A stretch of DNA of 64,000 bases from Castellaniella sp. (GTDB lineage Bacteria; Pseudomonadota; Gammaproteobacteria; Burkholderiales; Burkholderiaceae_B): positions 21,207-85,206 of the forward strand of contig NZ_JBATXG010000003.1 in the NCBI RefSeq assembly GCF_049673105.1. The letters run 5' to 3'. The notes under the pieces are model-generated. The model worked only from the letters and a program-made list of their open reading frames with translations. It was not told the DNA's origin and did no database searches. The stretch's first letter is position 1, and each line of letters begins with the position of its first letter. Position numbers and translations under genes: made by a program. Shown piece by piece: positions 20,225 through 29,862 of this stretch.

Positions 20225-21001
20225 TCAACGTCCCCGCCCCCAGCGCCGGTGCAGGCGCTGGGCGGTGGCATCCAGCGTGAATCCCAGGGCGCCGATCAGC
20301 ACGATCACGGCCATCAGTTCCGAATAGGCCAGGCGGTCGCGGGTGTCCAGAATGAAATAGCCCAGGCCGGAACTGACTCCCAGCATCTCGCAGGGCACCA
20401 GAATGATCCAGACGATGCCGATGGCCAGGCGCAGGCCGGTCAGGATGTGGCCCAGGGAACCGGGGATCACGATCTTCCACAGGATCTCGGTGCGTGTGGC
20501 GCTCAGGCTGCGGGCCAGCATCAGCCAGCGGGCGTCCAGTTGGCGCACGCCGGCGCTGGTGTTCAGGATGATGGGCCAGACAGCGGCGAAGCTCAGCAGG
20601 AAATAGATCGGCGCATCGCCCACGCCGAACAGCATCACGGCGATCGGCATCCAGGACAGGGGCGAGACCATGCGCAGGAACTGAAACGCCCCGCTGGTGG
20701 CGGATTCCAGACGCTTGGACAGGCCGATGGCCAATCCCAGGGGGATGCCGAACACCAACGCCCAGAACAGGCCCACCGCGACGCGCCGCAGGCTGACCAG
20801 GGTGTGCAGGGTCAGTTGATTGTCGGCGATCAGGTGCGCCAGACTGGGCAGCGCCTGGCCGGGGGCGAACAGACGCGCCATGGCCAGGTCCTGGCCCAGC
20901 AGACCGATGCCGGCGGCCCACAGCAATAGCAGCGCCAGCAGGCCGCCCAGGCTGAGCAGCAGGCGCTGACGGGACGGCAGGGCGGAGGGGCGGGTGCTCA
21001 T
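20225..21001 (-). CDS. ABC transporter permease, NitT/TauT (SsuC/TauC/NrtB-like) family
   Basis: 258-aa polytopic protein with a binding-protein-dependent transport inner-membrane signature region. The start overlaps the upstream gene's stop by 1 nt. Confidence 0.82.
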   Translation of the reverse strand: MSTRPSALPSRQRLLLSLGGLLALLLLWAAGIGLLGQDLAMARLFAPGQALPSLAHLIADNQLTLHTLVSLRRVAVGLFWALVFGIPLGLAIGLSKRLESATSGAFQFLRMVSPLSWMPIAVMLFGVGDAPIYFLLSFAAVWPIILNTSAGVRQLDARWLMLARSLSATRTEILWKIVIPGSLGHILTGLRLAIGIVWIILVPCEMLGVSSGLGYFILDTRDRLAYSELMAVIVLIGALGFTLDATAQRLHRRWGRGR

Positions 21002-22227
21002 CAGCTGACCTCGAAAGTTTCCGTGCGGGTATAGCCGCCCTCGATGCCAAAGGCGGCCAGGCCGCCTTGCGCTTCGATGGCCTTGCGCACGTAGCGGTCG
21101 TCCACCAGGTCGCGCGCGGCGTGGGCAGGGTCCAGTTCCTTCAGAAAGGCGTTTTCGCCCAGGACGTAGGTGTCCTTCAGCAGCGACACCAGTTTTTCCG
21201 TGTAACTGGGGTAGGGATAGGGGCGGAAGTCGATGCGAAGTTCATTCCAGTCGGTATGGCGGATGGCGCCGCTTTTGGCGTAGGCGGCATCGCGCTCGGC
21301 AGAGGGCAGCAGCACCCGCGCCAGGGTGGAGGCGTCGTGCGGGGTATAGGCGGACGGATTGTCGCGGGCCAGGATCTTGACCGTGTCTTCGCGGTGATGG
21401 CGTACCCAGGCTTGGGCCTGGACGATGCCGTTGACCACTTTTTGCGACCATTCCGGGCGTTCTTGCAGGTCCCGTTCGTGCATGGTGACCACGCAGCAGG
21501 CGTGGTTGCGCCAGACGTCGCCGGTAAATCGCCAGACCTTGCCTACGCCCAGCTCTTCGGCCTTGGCGTTGAAGGGCTCGGCCACGATGTAGCCGGAAAT
21601 CCGCTTGCTGCCCAGCGCCGGCAGCATGTCGCCGGGCGACATGACGACCAGTTTCACTTGTTTTTTCGTCGGTTCGCCTTCGTTGATGAATTCCAGCCCC
21701 GCCTGGCGCAAGATGGCCTGCAGCACGATGTTGTGCACCGAATACCAGAAGGGAATGGCGACCGTCGTGCCGCCCAGGTCCTCCAGAGCGTTGACGGTCG
21801 GCAGCACGGTCAGGCAGGAACCCTCGGTGTGGTTCCAGGCCACGACCTTGGCGGGCGATTGGCTGCCGTAACGCGACCAGATGGTCATGGGCATCAGCAG
21901 GTGGACCACGTTCACCTGGCCGCTCAGAAAGGCTTCGACGATCTGCGACCAGCTGCGAAAACGCCGGGGCGGCTCGACTTTCAGCCCCTGTTGTTCGAAC
22001 AGGCCGTTGTGGTGGGCGATCAGCAGAGGCGTGGCGTCCGTGATGGGCAGGTAGCCGATGCGTACGGGGGCATCGGGTTCCGCGGCGTGCGCCAGGCGAC
22101 CGGCCTGCAGCAGCGGCAGCGCGCCGGCGGCGGTGAACATGGCCGACAGCTTCAGGAATTGGCGGCGGCGGGCCAGGGTGCTGTCGGCTTCGCCGCAGCA
22201 GGCGTCAAACAGTTTGAATCGTGTCAT
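21001..22227 (-). CDS. NrtA/CmpA/SsuA-like (NMT1 superfamily) periplasmic substrate-binding protein with a twin-arginine signal
   Basis: Start at MTRFKL. The Tat motif RRRQFLK is followed by a hydrophobic region and AHA-AE. IGYLPITDATPLLIAHxxGLFExxGL is typical of the NrtA family. Confidence 0.8.
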   Translation of the reverse strand: MTRFKLFDACCGEADSTLARRRQFLKLSAMFTAAGALPLLQAGRLAHAAEPDAPVRIGYLPITDATPLLIAHHNGLFEQQGLKVEPPRRFRSWSQIVEAFLSGQVNVVHLLMPMTIWSRYGSQSPAKVVAWNHTEGSCLTVLPTVNALEDLGGTTVAIPFWYSVHNIVLQAILRQAGLEFINEGEPTKKQVKLVVMSPGDMLPALGSKRISGYIVAEPFNAKAEELGVGKVWRFTGDVWRNHACCVVTMHERDLQERPEWSQKVVNGIVQAQAWVRHHREDTVKILARDNPSAYTPHDASTLARVLLPSAERDAAYAKSGAIRHTDWNELRIDFRPYPYPSYTEKLVSLLKDTYVLGENAFLKELDPAHAARDLVDDRYVRKAIEAQGGLAAFGIEGGYTRTETFEVS

Positions 22228-23054
22228 TGGGGTCTCGGTAAACGGGCGCTGCGCAGGGTTTGCAGAATCTGGACGCGCAATTCGGTCAGTGCGGCGCTGG
22301 TGTCGTCTCTGGGGTGTGCTTGGCTGATGGACCACCGGCCGATCAGGCGCCCAGGCTGGCTGCCGATCAACAGGATGCGGTCAGCCAGCAGCAGGGCTTC
22401 GTCGATGTCGTGCGTCACCAGAATGGCCGCCGCCTGGTGCTGGGATCGGATCTGCAGCAGCAGGGTCTGCATCTCGTGGCGGGTGACTTCATCCAGGGCG
22501 CTGAAGGGTTCGTCCAGCAATAGGATTTGGGGCGCGCGGGCCAGCGTGCGGGCCAAAGAAGCCCGTTGCGCCATGCCGCCCGACAGCTCGTCGGGATAGC
22601 GCGTGCGGGCGGATTGCAGACCGACTTCGCTGATGGCCTGCTGGACGCGCTGCCGGCGGGTCGCGTCGTCCAGTTTGGGCTGGTGGCGAAAATCCAGGCC
22701 AAAGGCCACGTTCTCTTCCAGGGTCAGCCAGGGCAGCAGGCTGGGGTCCTGGAATACCAGTCCCAGGGCCGGGTCGGGGCCGTTTAGCGGGCGGCCCTTG
22801 ATCCTGATCTCGCCCGCCTGGGCGGCTTGCAACCCGGCTAGCACGCGCAGCAGCGACGATTTTCCTACTCCGCTGGGGCCCAGCAGGGCAATGATTTCAC
22901 CTGGCTGCAGTTCCAGGGAAAAGTCCGTCAGCACGGTCGTTGCGGCCTCGCGGCGGCTGGTCGCATAGCCCAGGGAAATGGCCTGGGCGCTCAGCAGGCT
23001 GCTCTGTTCGGGGGCCGCGTTGGCGGCGGAAGGCGCTAGGGCGGCTGCGCTCAT
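22224..23054 (-). CDS. ABC transporter ATP-binding protein, NitT/TauT family
   Basis: GPSGVGKSS, LSGGMAQRASLAR, LLLDEPFSALD and VTHD motifs. The start at MSAAALAP lies 1 nt after the upstream stop; an alternative ATG is at 23084. Confidence 0.85.
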   Translation of the reverse strand: MSAAALAPSAANAAPEQSSLLSAQAISLGYATSRREAATTVLTDFSLELQPGEIIALLGPSGVGKSSLLRVLAGLQAAQAGEIRIKGRPLNGPDPALGLVFQDPSLLPWLTLEENVAFGLDFRHQPKLDDATRRQRVQQAISEVGLQSARTRYPDELSGGMAQRASLARTLARAPQILLLDEPFSALDEVTRHEMQTLLLQIRSQHQAAAILVTHDIDEALLLADRILLIGSQPGRLIGRWSISQAHPRDDTSAALTELRVQILQTLRSARLPRPQ

Positions 23055-23055
23055 C

Positions 23056-24159
23056 TCAGGCCGCCTGGCGTTGTTCCAGCGCATGGATTTCCTTGCGCAG
23101 GTGTTTCAGGGCCGGGGTGACGATGGCCACGAACAGAGCTTCGCGCAGCCGGCGCTGGGCGGGGCTGCTCATCAGATAGCCGGCGGCGCCGGCATGCAGA
23201 GCGGCGGACTGGGTGGCTCGCAGGCTCAGTTCCGATCCCAGAGCGCGGGCGCGCAGGACGCTGAGCAGTGGCGCGTCCCGGCCCTGCAATGCCAGCTCGC
23301 GAGTCCGAGCCACCAGTTGCTGCAAATCGCGCTCCAGATCGCCTTCCTGGTCATCCAGATAGCTGTTCACGTGCTGCAGCCGCTGATTGGTGGCGTGGAT
23401 GGTGTCCAGGCTGGCCTGGACCAGGCCGGCGCCCATGCCGATCTGCATCAACAGGAAACCGGGTTTGAAGCCCTGCACGTAGGCATCGAAGCCCTCGGGG
23501 CCGGACAGCACATCCTGCGGCGGCACGAAAAGGTCTTTCAGGCGCACGCCATAGGTGCCGCTGCCTTCCAGGCCTGCAAACGTCGGGCAGGCCCGCAACG
23601 TCAGGCCATCGGCGCCGGGCGGAACGGCAAACATGACGTAGCCGCCCTCATCCAGGGCCGCGGCGACGATCAGCAGGTGGTCCGGCCCCAGGTTCGAGAC
23701 CCAGGGCAGGGCGCCGCTGATGCGATAGCCATCGCCTTCCCGGTGGCCGCGCAGATTGATGCGTTCGATGCCGGCCAGATGCTTGACGGCGTTGGACATG
23801 CCGGTGCCGGCCAGCAGACGACCGCTGGCGATGGCCTGCAGGTAGCGATCTTTGACGGCCTGATTGTCGCTGCGGTGCAGATACCAGGCGCAGGTGGCCT
23901 GGCACCAGGTCAGGAAGGAGGTCGATCCGCAGGTGCGGGCGACCCGGGCGATGATGTCGATCTGGGCGGGCAGGTCGCCGCCCAGGCCGCTAGCTTCGAG
24001 CGGCAGGGCGGCGCCAAAGCCGCCCAGGCTACCCAGCGCCCGCATGAAGTCGCCGGGGTACAGGCCCTGATCGATGGCCTCGACCTGGGGGGCCAGGGTG
24101 TCGCGGATCAATTGATCGATTCTGTCGTCCGTGCCGGCAGGCTGTGCTGCGTGTGTCAT
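23056..24159 (-). CDS. Acyl-CoA dehydrogenase-fold flavoprotein (family member of unknown substrate)
   Basis: 367 aa. Length and domain order resemble the ACAD family. The call rests on recalled family resemblance and is unverified. An AGGA ribosome-binding site precedes the ATG at 24159. Confidence 0.65.
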   Translation of the reverse strand: MTHAAQPAGTDDRIDQLIRDTLAPQVEAIDQGLYPGDFMRALGSLGGFGAALPLEASGLGGDLPAQIDIIARVARTCGSTSFLTWCQATCAWYLHRSDNQAVKDRYLQAIASGRLLAGTGMSNAVKHLAGIERINLRGHREGDGYRISGALPWVSNLGPDHLLIVAAALDEGGYVMFAVPPGADGLTLRACPTFAGLEGSGTYGVRLKDLFVPPQDVLSGPEGFDAYVQGFKPGFLLMQIGMGAGLVQASLDTIHATNQRLQHVNSYLDDQEGDLERDLQQLVARTRELALQGRDAPLLSVLRARALGSELSLRATQSAALHAGAAGYLMSSPAQRRLREALFVAIVTPALKHLRKEIHALEQRQAA

Positions 24160-24175
24160 GGTGCGTCCTTGCCGC

Positions 24176-24718
24176 TCAGGCGTAGGCTTGGAGTTCCGGA
24201 TTGATGGGAGTGCGAGCCAGGTTGTTGGCGTAGTTGCACAGGGTGGCCAGGCTGACGCCCAGGACGACATCGAGGGCCTGGGCGTCGGTATAGCCGGCGG
24301 CCTTCAGGTCGTTCAAGGCGTCGTCGGACACCTGGCCGCGGTGTTCCAGCACTTGCAGGGTGAATTGGGCCAAGGCGTTTTGTTTGGGGTCGGACAGGGC
24401 CTGGGTGCCGCGCAGGGCGTCGATCAGTTCCTGGGGCAGTTGCAGTTTCTTGGCGGCGATCTTGGTGTGACCGGCGACGCAGAAGCCGCAACCGTTATAG
24501 GTGGCGGCGGTGATCTGGACGATTTCCCGTTCGGTGGGGGTGAGGCTGTTGCGACCGTTGATGGCGCCGACGACCTGGTAGGTTTCCAAGGCTGTCGGGG
24601 CGTTGGCCAGGACGCCCAGCAGGTTGGGCAGGAAGCCGCTGGCTTTTTCGGCGTTGCGCAGGCGTTCTTGGGCCTCGGCGGGGGCGGATTCGACGGACTG
24701 GATGGGAAGGCGGCTCAT
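24176..24718 (-). CDS. Carboxymuconolactone decarboxylase / AhpD-like family protein
   Basis: 180 aa with the AhpD-type CxxCxxxH motif (NGCGFCVAGH). Confidence 0.8.
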   Translation of the reverse strand: MSRLPIQSVESAPAEAQERLRNAEKASGFLPNLLGVLANAPTALETYQVVGAINGRNSLTPTEREIVQITAATYNGCGFCVAGHTKIAAKKLQLPQELIDALRGTQALSDPKQNALAQFTLQVLEHRGQVSDDALNDLKAAGYTDAQALDVVLGVSLATLCNYANNLARTPINPELQAYA

Positions 24719-24873
24719 GGTGTTGGGAGTGAACTAGGTTTAGACCTGTTCATTCTATGGAGCCTGGTTCTCATAGCGAACGACTATAAGAGAATTAAAT
24801 TATTCAGGATTGGAATATAGGGTGGTCTCCGAGGCTTGGGGCGGTGTTGGCCGGAGTGATACGGGGGGCGTGC

Positions 24874-26784
24874 TTACAGCGCTTCGATTTCCGTCTGGAT
24901 GTCCAGCCATTCTTCTTCGGCGGTTTGCAAGGCCTTGCTGAGTTCGCCGTGTTCGGCCAAGAGGCCGGGGCGGTCGTCCTTGTGCGCGTCGGTGTAGAAG
25001 GCGGGATCGGCGATCAGGGCGTCCAGTTCGGCCAGCCGGGTCTGGGCGCGGGTCATGGCGTCTTCGATCTTTTTCAGGCGGGTTTCCAGGGGCTTGCGGC
25101 GGGCGGCCAGTTGTTGGCGGGCCTGGGCTTCTTCGCGGCGCTGGGCTTTGCGATCGGGGGCGGGGGCAGCGGTGGCTCGGGCGGCCTGATTTTGCTGGGT
25201 TTGGCGCTGCTGCAGCCAGTCCCGGTAGTCTTCCAGGTCGCCGTCGAAGGGCTGGATCTGGCCGTCGGCCACGATCCAGAAGGTATCGACGGTGGTGCGC
25301 AGCAGATGCCGGTCGTGCGAGACCAGCAGGACGCTGCCGGGGAATTCGGCCAGGGCGCGGGCCAGGGCCTCGCGGGTGTCCACGTCCAGGTGATTGCTGG
25401 GTTCGTCCAACAGCAGCAGATTGGGTTTGCGCCAGACGATCAGGGCTAGAGCCAGTCGGGCTTTTTCGCCGCCTGAAAAGGGCGCTACGGGCTGGGTGAC
25501 CATGTCGCCGCCGAAGCCGAAGCGGCCCAGCATATTGCGCAGTTCTTGTTCCCGTGTGTCGGGGGCGATACGGGCGAAATGCTGCAGCGGGCTGGATTCG
25601 GGATCCAGCACATCCAGTTGTTGCTGGGCGAAATAGCCGATTTCCAGGCCCTTGGCAGGCTGCATGTGGCCGGCCAACGGGGCCAGTTCCTGGGCCAGGG
25701 TCTTGACCAGGGTACTTTTGCCGGCGCCGTTGACGCCCAGGATGCCGATGCGGCTGCCGCCGCGCACCATCAGGCTGATGTCCTTCAGGATGGTGCGCGG
25801 TTCGCCGCCGGCGGGGTTGGCGTACCCCAGGGTTGCGTCGTCCAGGCGCAGCAGCACGTCGGGGGTCTGGACGGGGTCCGGCAGACGGATGTCGATGCCG
25901 GATTCCACGGCCAGGGGGGCCAGGGTCTGCATGCGGGACAGGGCTTTGACCCGGCTTTGCGCCTGTTTGGCTTTGGATGCCTTGGCCTTGAAGCGATCGA
26001 TAAAGGCTTGCAGATGGGCGGTTTCGCGCGCCTGTTTCTGGCGGGCCAGTTGGTTCTGGCGCAGGCGCTCGGCGCGCTGTTCCAGGAAGTCTTCGTAGCC
26101 GCCCTTGTAGCGGATCAGCTTGCCGCTTTCAAAGTGCAGAATGACGCGGGCGACCGTATCCAGGAATTCCGTGTCGTGCGAAATCAGCAGGACGGTGCCG
26201 GGATAGCTGTTCAGCCAGCGCTCCAGCCACAGCATGGCATCCAGGTCCAGATGGTTGGTGGGTTCGTCCAGCAGTAGCAGGTCTGATGGCGCCATCAGGG
26301 CGCGGGCCAGGGCGATGCGCATCTGCCAGCCGCCGGAAAAACTGGCGACGGGGCGGGCCCATTCATCGGGCGCGAAACCCAGGCCGGCCAGCAATTGCTC
26401 GGCGCGGGATGGGGCGCTCCAGGCCTCGGCCTCGACCAGCGCGGATTCGAGTTCGGCGATCTGCTGGCCCTGATCCGGGTGCAGGGCGGCGCGTTGCGCC
26501 TGCAGGTCGCGCAGGTGGCGGTCGCCGTCGATGACGAATTCGCGGGCGGCACGGTCTGTGTCGTGCAAAATCTGTTCGACGCTGGCCAAACGCCATGAGG
26601 CGGGCATGTCCACGGCCCCGGCGTCGGGGTCGATCTGGCCCTGCAGCAGAGCGAAGAGCGACGATTTTCCCGCCCCGTTCTTGCCGACGAAGCCCACGCG
26701 TTCGCCCGGATGCACGACAAATTCGGCGTCTTCCAGCAGAACCTTGACGCCGCGCCGCAGGGTCAGGTCACTGGCGCGGATCAC
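24874..26784 (-). CDS. ABC-F family ATPase (YheS/Uup-like, no membrane domain)
   Basis: Two ABC cassettes (GKNGAGKSS ... LSGGWQMR ... LLLDEPTNHLD; GVNGAGKST ... FSGGEKARL ... LLLDEPSNHLD) and a C-terminal coiled-coil tail. Confidence 0.88.
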   Translation of the reverse strand: MIRASDLTLRRGVKVLLEDAEFVVHPGERVGFVGKNGAGKSSLFALLQGQIDPDAGAVDMPASWRLASVEQILHDTDRAAREFVIDGDRHLRDLQAQRAALHPDQGQQIAELESALVEAEAWSAPSRAEQLLAGLGFAPDEWARPVASFSGGWQMRIALARALMAPSDLLLLDEPTNHLDLDAMLWLERWLNSYPGTVLLISHDTEFLDTVARVILHFESGKLIRYKGGYEDFLEQRAERLRQNQLARQKQARETAHLQAFIDRFKAKASKAKQAQSRVKALSRMQTLAPLAVESGIDIRLPDPVQTPDVLLRLDDATLGYANPAGGEPRTILKDISLMVRGGSRIGILGVNGAGKSTLVKTLAQELAPLAGHMQPAKGLEIGYFAQQQLDVLDPESSPLQHFARIAPDTREQELRNMLGRFGFGGDMVTQPVAPFSGGEKARLALALIVWRKPNLLLLDEPSNHLDVDTREALARALAEFPGSVLLVSHDRHLLRTTVDTFWIVADGQIQPFDGDLEDYRDWLQQRQTQQNQAARATAAPAPDRKAQRREEAQARQQLAARRKPLETRLKKIEDAMTRAQTRLAELDALIADPAFYTDAHKDDRPGLLAEHGELSKALQTAEEEWLDIQTEIEAL

Positions 26785-27677
26785 GCCGTCAGCTGCGCGC
26801 GGCGCAGCAGCAGGATCTGGTCGCTGGCGGTTTCCGTGCTCAGCCAGACGGGGTCCAGATCCGGGAATGCCGCCTGGAAATGCGCCTGTTCGTGGCCGAT
26901 CTCCAGCACCAGCAGGCCGTCGTCCGTCAGGTGCTCAGGGGCTTTCGTCAGGATGCGCCGCACCAGATCCATGCCATCCTGGCCGCCGGCCAGGGCCATG
27001 CGCGGCTCGTGCCGATATTCGGGCGGCAGCGCCGTCATGGCCTGGCTGTTGACGTAGGGCGGATTGCAGATGATCAGGTCGTAGCGGCGATCGCCGGGGA
27101 TCTGGGCGAACAGATCGCTGCGCAGCGCCTGCACGCGGCCCTGCAGTTCGTGCAGGGCGATGTTCGATTGCGTGACCGCCAGGGCGTCGGGTGACAGGTC
27201 GACCGCATCCACCTGAGCGTCCTCGAAGGCCAGGGCCGCCAGAATCGCCAGACAGCCCGATCCGGTGCACAGATCCAGCACGCGCGTCACGGCGTCGGGG
27301 TCTTCGATCCAGGGCGTCAGTTGTTCGGCCAGCAGTTCGGCGATCGGCGATCGCGGCACGATCACGCGCTCGTCCACCAGAAAACGCTCACCTTGCAGCC
27401 AAGCCTCGCCCGTCAGGTAGGCGGCGGGCTTGCGGCTGTTGACCCGTTCGTGGATCAGGTCGACGCAGCGCTGGCGTTCGCGTTCCAGCAGGCGCGCATC
27501 CAGAAAGGGTTCCAGCGTGTCCAGGGGCAGGTGCAGAGAATGCAGCAACAGATAGACGGCCTCGTCCCAGGCATTGTCGCTGCCATGACCAAAGACCAGA
27601 TTGGCGCCGCGAAAGCGGGTCACGGCCCAGCGCAGCAAGTCGCGCAGGGTCAGCAGTTCGGTATGGGGAGAAGCCAT
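26781..27677 (-). CDS. prmB: 50S ribosomal protein L3 glutamine N5-methyltransferase
   Basis: DLCTGSGC SAM motif and NPPY catalytic motif, with a PrmB-type N-terminus. The stop overlaps the downstream ABC-F start (ATGA). Confidence 0.85.
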   Translation of the reverse strand: MASPHTELLTLRDLLRWAVTRFRGANLVFGHGSDNAWDEAVYLLLHSLHLPLDTLEPFLDARLLERERQRCVDLIHERVNSRKPAAYLTGEAWLQGERFLVDERVIVPRSPIAELLAEQLTPWIEDPDAVTRVLDLCTGSGCLAILAALAFEDAQVDAVDLSPDALAVTQSNIALHELQGRVQALRSDLFAQIPGDRRYDLIICNPPYVNSQAMTALPPEYRHEPRMALAGGQDGMDLVRRILTKAPEHLTDDGLLVLEIGHEQAHFQAAFPDLDPVWLSTETASDQILLLRRAQLTA

Positions 27678-27725
27678 GTCGGGCGAGTGCGTTCCGATGG
27701 AGCAGGGGCGGCGCCGTGGCGCGGA

Positions 27726-28874
27726 TCAGCTGTGTCCCGCGTCGGGCAGCAACGTTTCCAGGACCCTGCGATAAATGTTTTTCAGGGGGACCAGGTTGTC
27801 CAGGGGCAGGCATTCTCCCACCTGGTGTATGGTCCGGTTCAAAGGGCCGAACTCGACGACCTGCGGACACAGGCGGGCGATGAAGCGACCGTCGGACGTG
27901 CCGCCGGTGGTCGAGAGTTCCGCCCGCACACCGGTTTCATCCGAGATGGCCGATTGTAGCGCAGCGCATAGCGGCCCTTGCGGGGTCAGAAACGGCAGCC
28001 CGCTGAGCGTCCAGGTGATGTGGTAGTCCAGCCCGTGACGTGCCAGGATGGCGTGCACGCGCGCCTGCAATCCGTCTGGCGTACTGGCGGTGGAAAAACG
28101 GAAATTGCAGTCGATGACGGCTTCGCCGGGAATGACATTGCCCGCGCCCGTGCCGGCATGCAGATTGGACACCTGGAAGGTCGTGGGCGGGAAGTAGACA
28201 TTGCCTTCGTCCCAGCGAACAGTGCTTAGTTCGGCCAGCGCAGGGGCCAGTTCGTGGATGGGGTTGCGGGCCAGATGCGGGTAGGCCACATGACCCTGGA
28301 TGCCGCGCACCGTGATGCGCGCCGACATCGAACCCCGCCGCCCGTTTTTAATCGTGTCGCCCAGCCGGTCGCCCGAGGTGGGTTCGCCGACGATGCAGTA
28401 GTCCAGCGTATCGCCGCGGGATTCCAGGACGCGGCAGACGTGCACGGTGCCGTCGGTGGCCGGGCCTTCTTCGTCGGATGTCAGCAGCAGGGCGATGGAC
28501 CCTGTGTGCTGCGGATGGGCGGCGGTGAATTCCTCGACGGCCACGACAAAGGCGGCCACGGATGTTTTCATGTCGGCGGCGCCCCGGCCCACCAGCATGC
28601 CATCGGTCTCGGTCGGCTCGAAAGGTGGGCTGGGCCAGGCGGATTCGGGGCCGGGCGGGACGACGTCGGTGTGGCCGGCAAACACCAGCAGGGGGGCGTT
28701 GGCGCCGCGCCGCGCCCACAGATTGCTGACGCCGCCGCTGGGCAGCGATTCGCAGGTGAAGCCCAGGGGGCCAAGCCGCTGAGCGATCAGGTCCTGGCAA
28801 CCGGCATCGTCGGGCGTGACCGAGGGGCGGGCAATCAGCGCATGGGCCAGCGCGCGGACATCGGCATCAGCCAT
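27726..28874 (-). CDS. dapE: Succinyl-diaminopimelate desuccinylase
   Basis: M20 peptidase motifs ([19 protein letters not shown]). Adjacent to dapD. Confidence 0.9.
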   Translation of the reverse strand: MADADVRALAHALIARPSVTPDDAGCQDLIAQRLGPLGFTCESLPSGGVSNLWARRGANAPLLVFAGHTDVVPPGPESAWPSPPFEPTETDGMLVGRGAADMKTSVAAFVVAVEEFTAAHPQHTGSIALLLTSDEEGPATDGTVHVCRVLESRGDTLDYCIVGEPTSGDRLGDTIKNGRRGSMSARITVRGIQGHVAYPHLARNPIHELAPALAELSTVRWDEGNVYFPPTTFQVSNLHAGTGAGNVIPGEAVIDCNFRFSTASTPDGLQARVHAILARHGLDYHITWTLSGLPFLTPQGPLCAALQSAISDETGVRAELSTTGGTSDGRFIARLCPQVVEFGPLNRTIHQVGECLPLDNLVPLKNIYRRVLETLLPDAGHS

Positions 28875-28875
28875 C

Positions 28876-29697
28876 TCAGGCCCTCAGCAGGTCGTTGATG
28901 CTGGTCTTGGCGCGGGTCTGGGCGTCGACGCGCTTGACGATCACCGCGCAGGCCAGGCTGTGGCTGCCGTCAGCGGCGGGCAGGGAACCCGGCACCACGA
29001 CGGACCCCGACGGGACCCGACCGTAATGAATCTCGCCCGTCGTGCGGTCGTAGATTTTCGTGCTTTGTGAAATGAAAACGCCCATCGCCAGGACGCTGTT
29101 TTCCTCGACCACCACGCCCTCGACAATTTCGGAGCGGGCGCCGATGAAGCAGTTGTCTTCGATGATGGTCGGGCCGGCCTGCAGCGGTTCCAGCACGCCG
29201 CCGATGCCCACGCCGCCGGATAGATGCACGTGGCGACCGATCTGGGCGCAAGATCCCACCGTCGCCCAGGTGTCCACCATCGAGCCTTCGCCCACGCGGG
29301 CGCCGATGTTCACGTAAGACGGCATCAACACCACATCGGGGGCGATATAGGCGCCCCGCCGCACAGTGGCCGTGGGCACGACCCGGATGCCGGACTGCTG
29401 AAAATCGGCGGGGGAGTAATCCTGGAACTTCAGCGGAACCTTGTCGTAGTACAGCTGAGGGGACTGGCCCATGACGCGGTTGTTCGTCAGGCGAAAGGAC
29501 AGCAATACCGCTTTTTTCAGCCATTGATGCACCTGCCACTGACCATCGATTTTTTCGGCCACCCGCAGCGTGCCGTCATCCAGCCCCGCCAAGGTGTGTT
29601 CGATGGCCTGGGCCAGCGCGCCAGGTGTCAGGCCGGACGAGATCGTGGCCCGGTCTTCCCAGGCGGATTCGATGAGGTTCTGGTGAGCAGTGTGCAT
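28876..29697 (-). CDS. dapD: 2,3,4,5-tetrahydropyridine-2,6-dicarboxylate N-succinyltransferase
   Basis: Start re-placed at [16 protein letters not shown], giving the typical 273 aa. The C-terminal half has hexapeptide repeats. Confidence 0.9.
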   Translation of the reverse strand: MHTAHQNLIESAWEDRATISSGLTPGALAQAIEHTLAGLDDGTLRVAEKIDGQWQVHQWLKKAVLLSFRLTNNRVMGQSPQLYYDKVPLKFQDYSPADFQQSGIRVVPTATVRRGAYIAPDVVLMPSYVNIGARVGEGSMVDTWATVGSCAQIGRHVHLSGGVGIGGVLEPLQAGPTIIEDNCFIGARSEIVEGVVVEENSVLAMGVFISQSTKIYDRTTGEIHYGRVPSGSVVVPGSLPAADGSHSLACAVIVKRVDAQTRAKTSINDLLRA

Positions 29698-29717
29698 GAC
29701 GGCGGGACCCTCGTTGG

Positions 29718-29752
29718 CGCTGATAAAAAATCGGGGGACTATTTTATCAGCG
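29718..29752. repeat. Perfect 11-bp inverted repeat (13-nt spacer) just upstream of dapD
   Basis: CGCTGATAAAA-aatcgggggacta-TTTTATCAGCG read directly, 21 nt upstream of the dapD start. Confidence 0.5.
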
Positions 29753-29862
29753 TGTTTGCCGTCTGTCGGACGAATGTTCAATCGCCAGTCAGCCGGCGTC
29801 CAGCCCATTTGTCAGAAATCGATTTCCAGGCGGGTGGCGTCATGGAACAGGGGGCCAGCTTT

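Noticed and set aside
24755-24776. Inverted repeat CTATG-N12-CATAG upstream of the AhpD-like gene, considered as an operator
   Set aside because: The arms are only 5 bp. That is too weak to distinguish from chance without comparative data.
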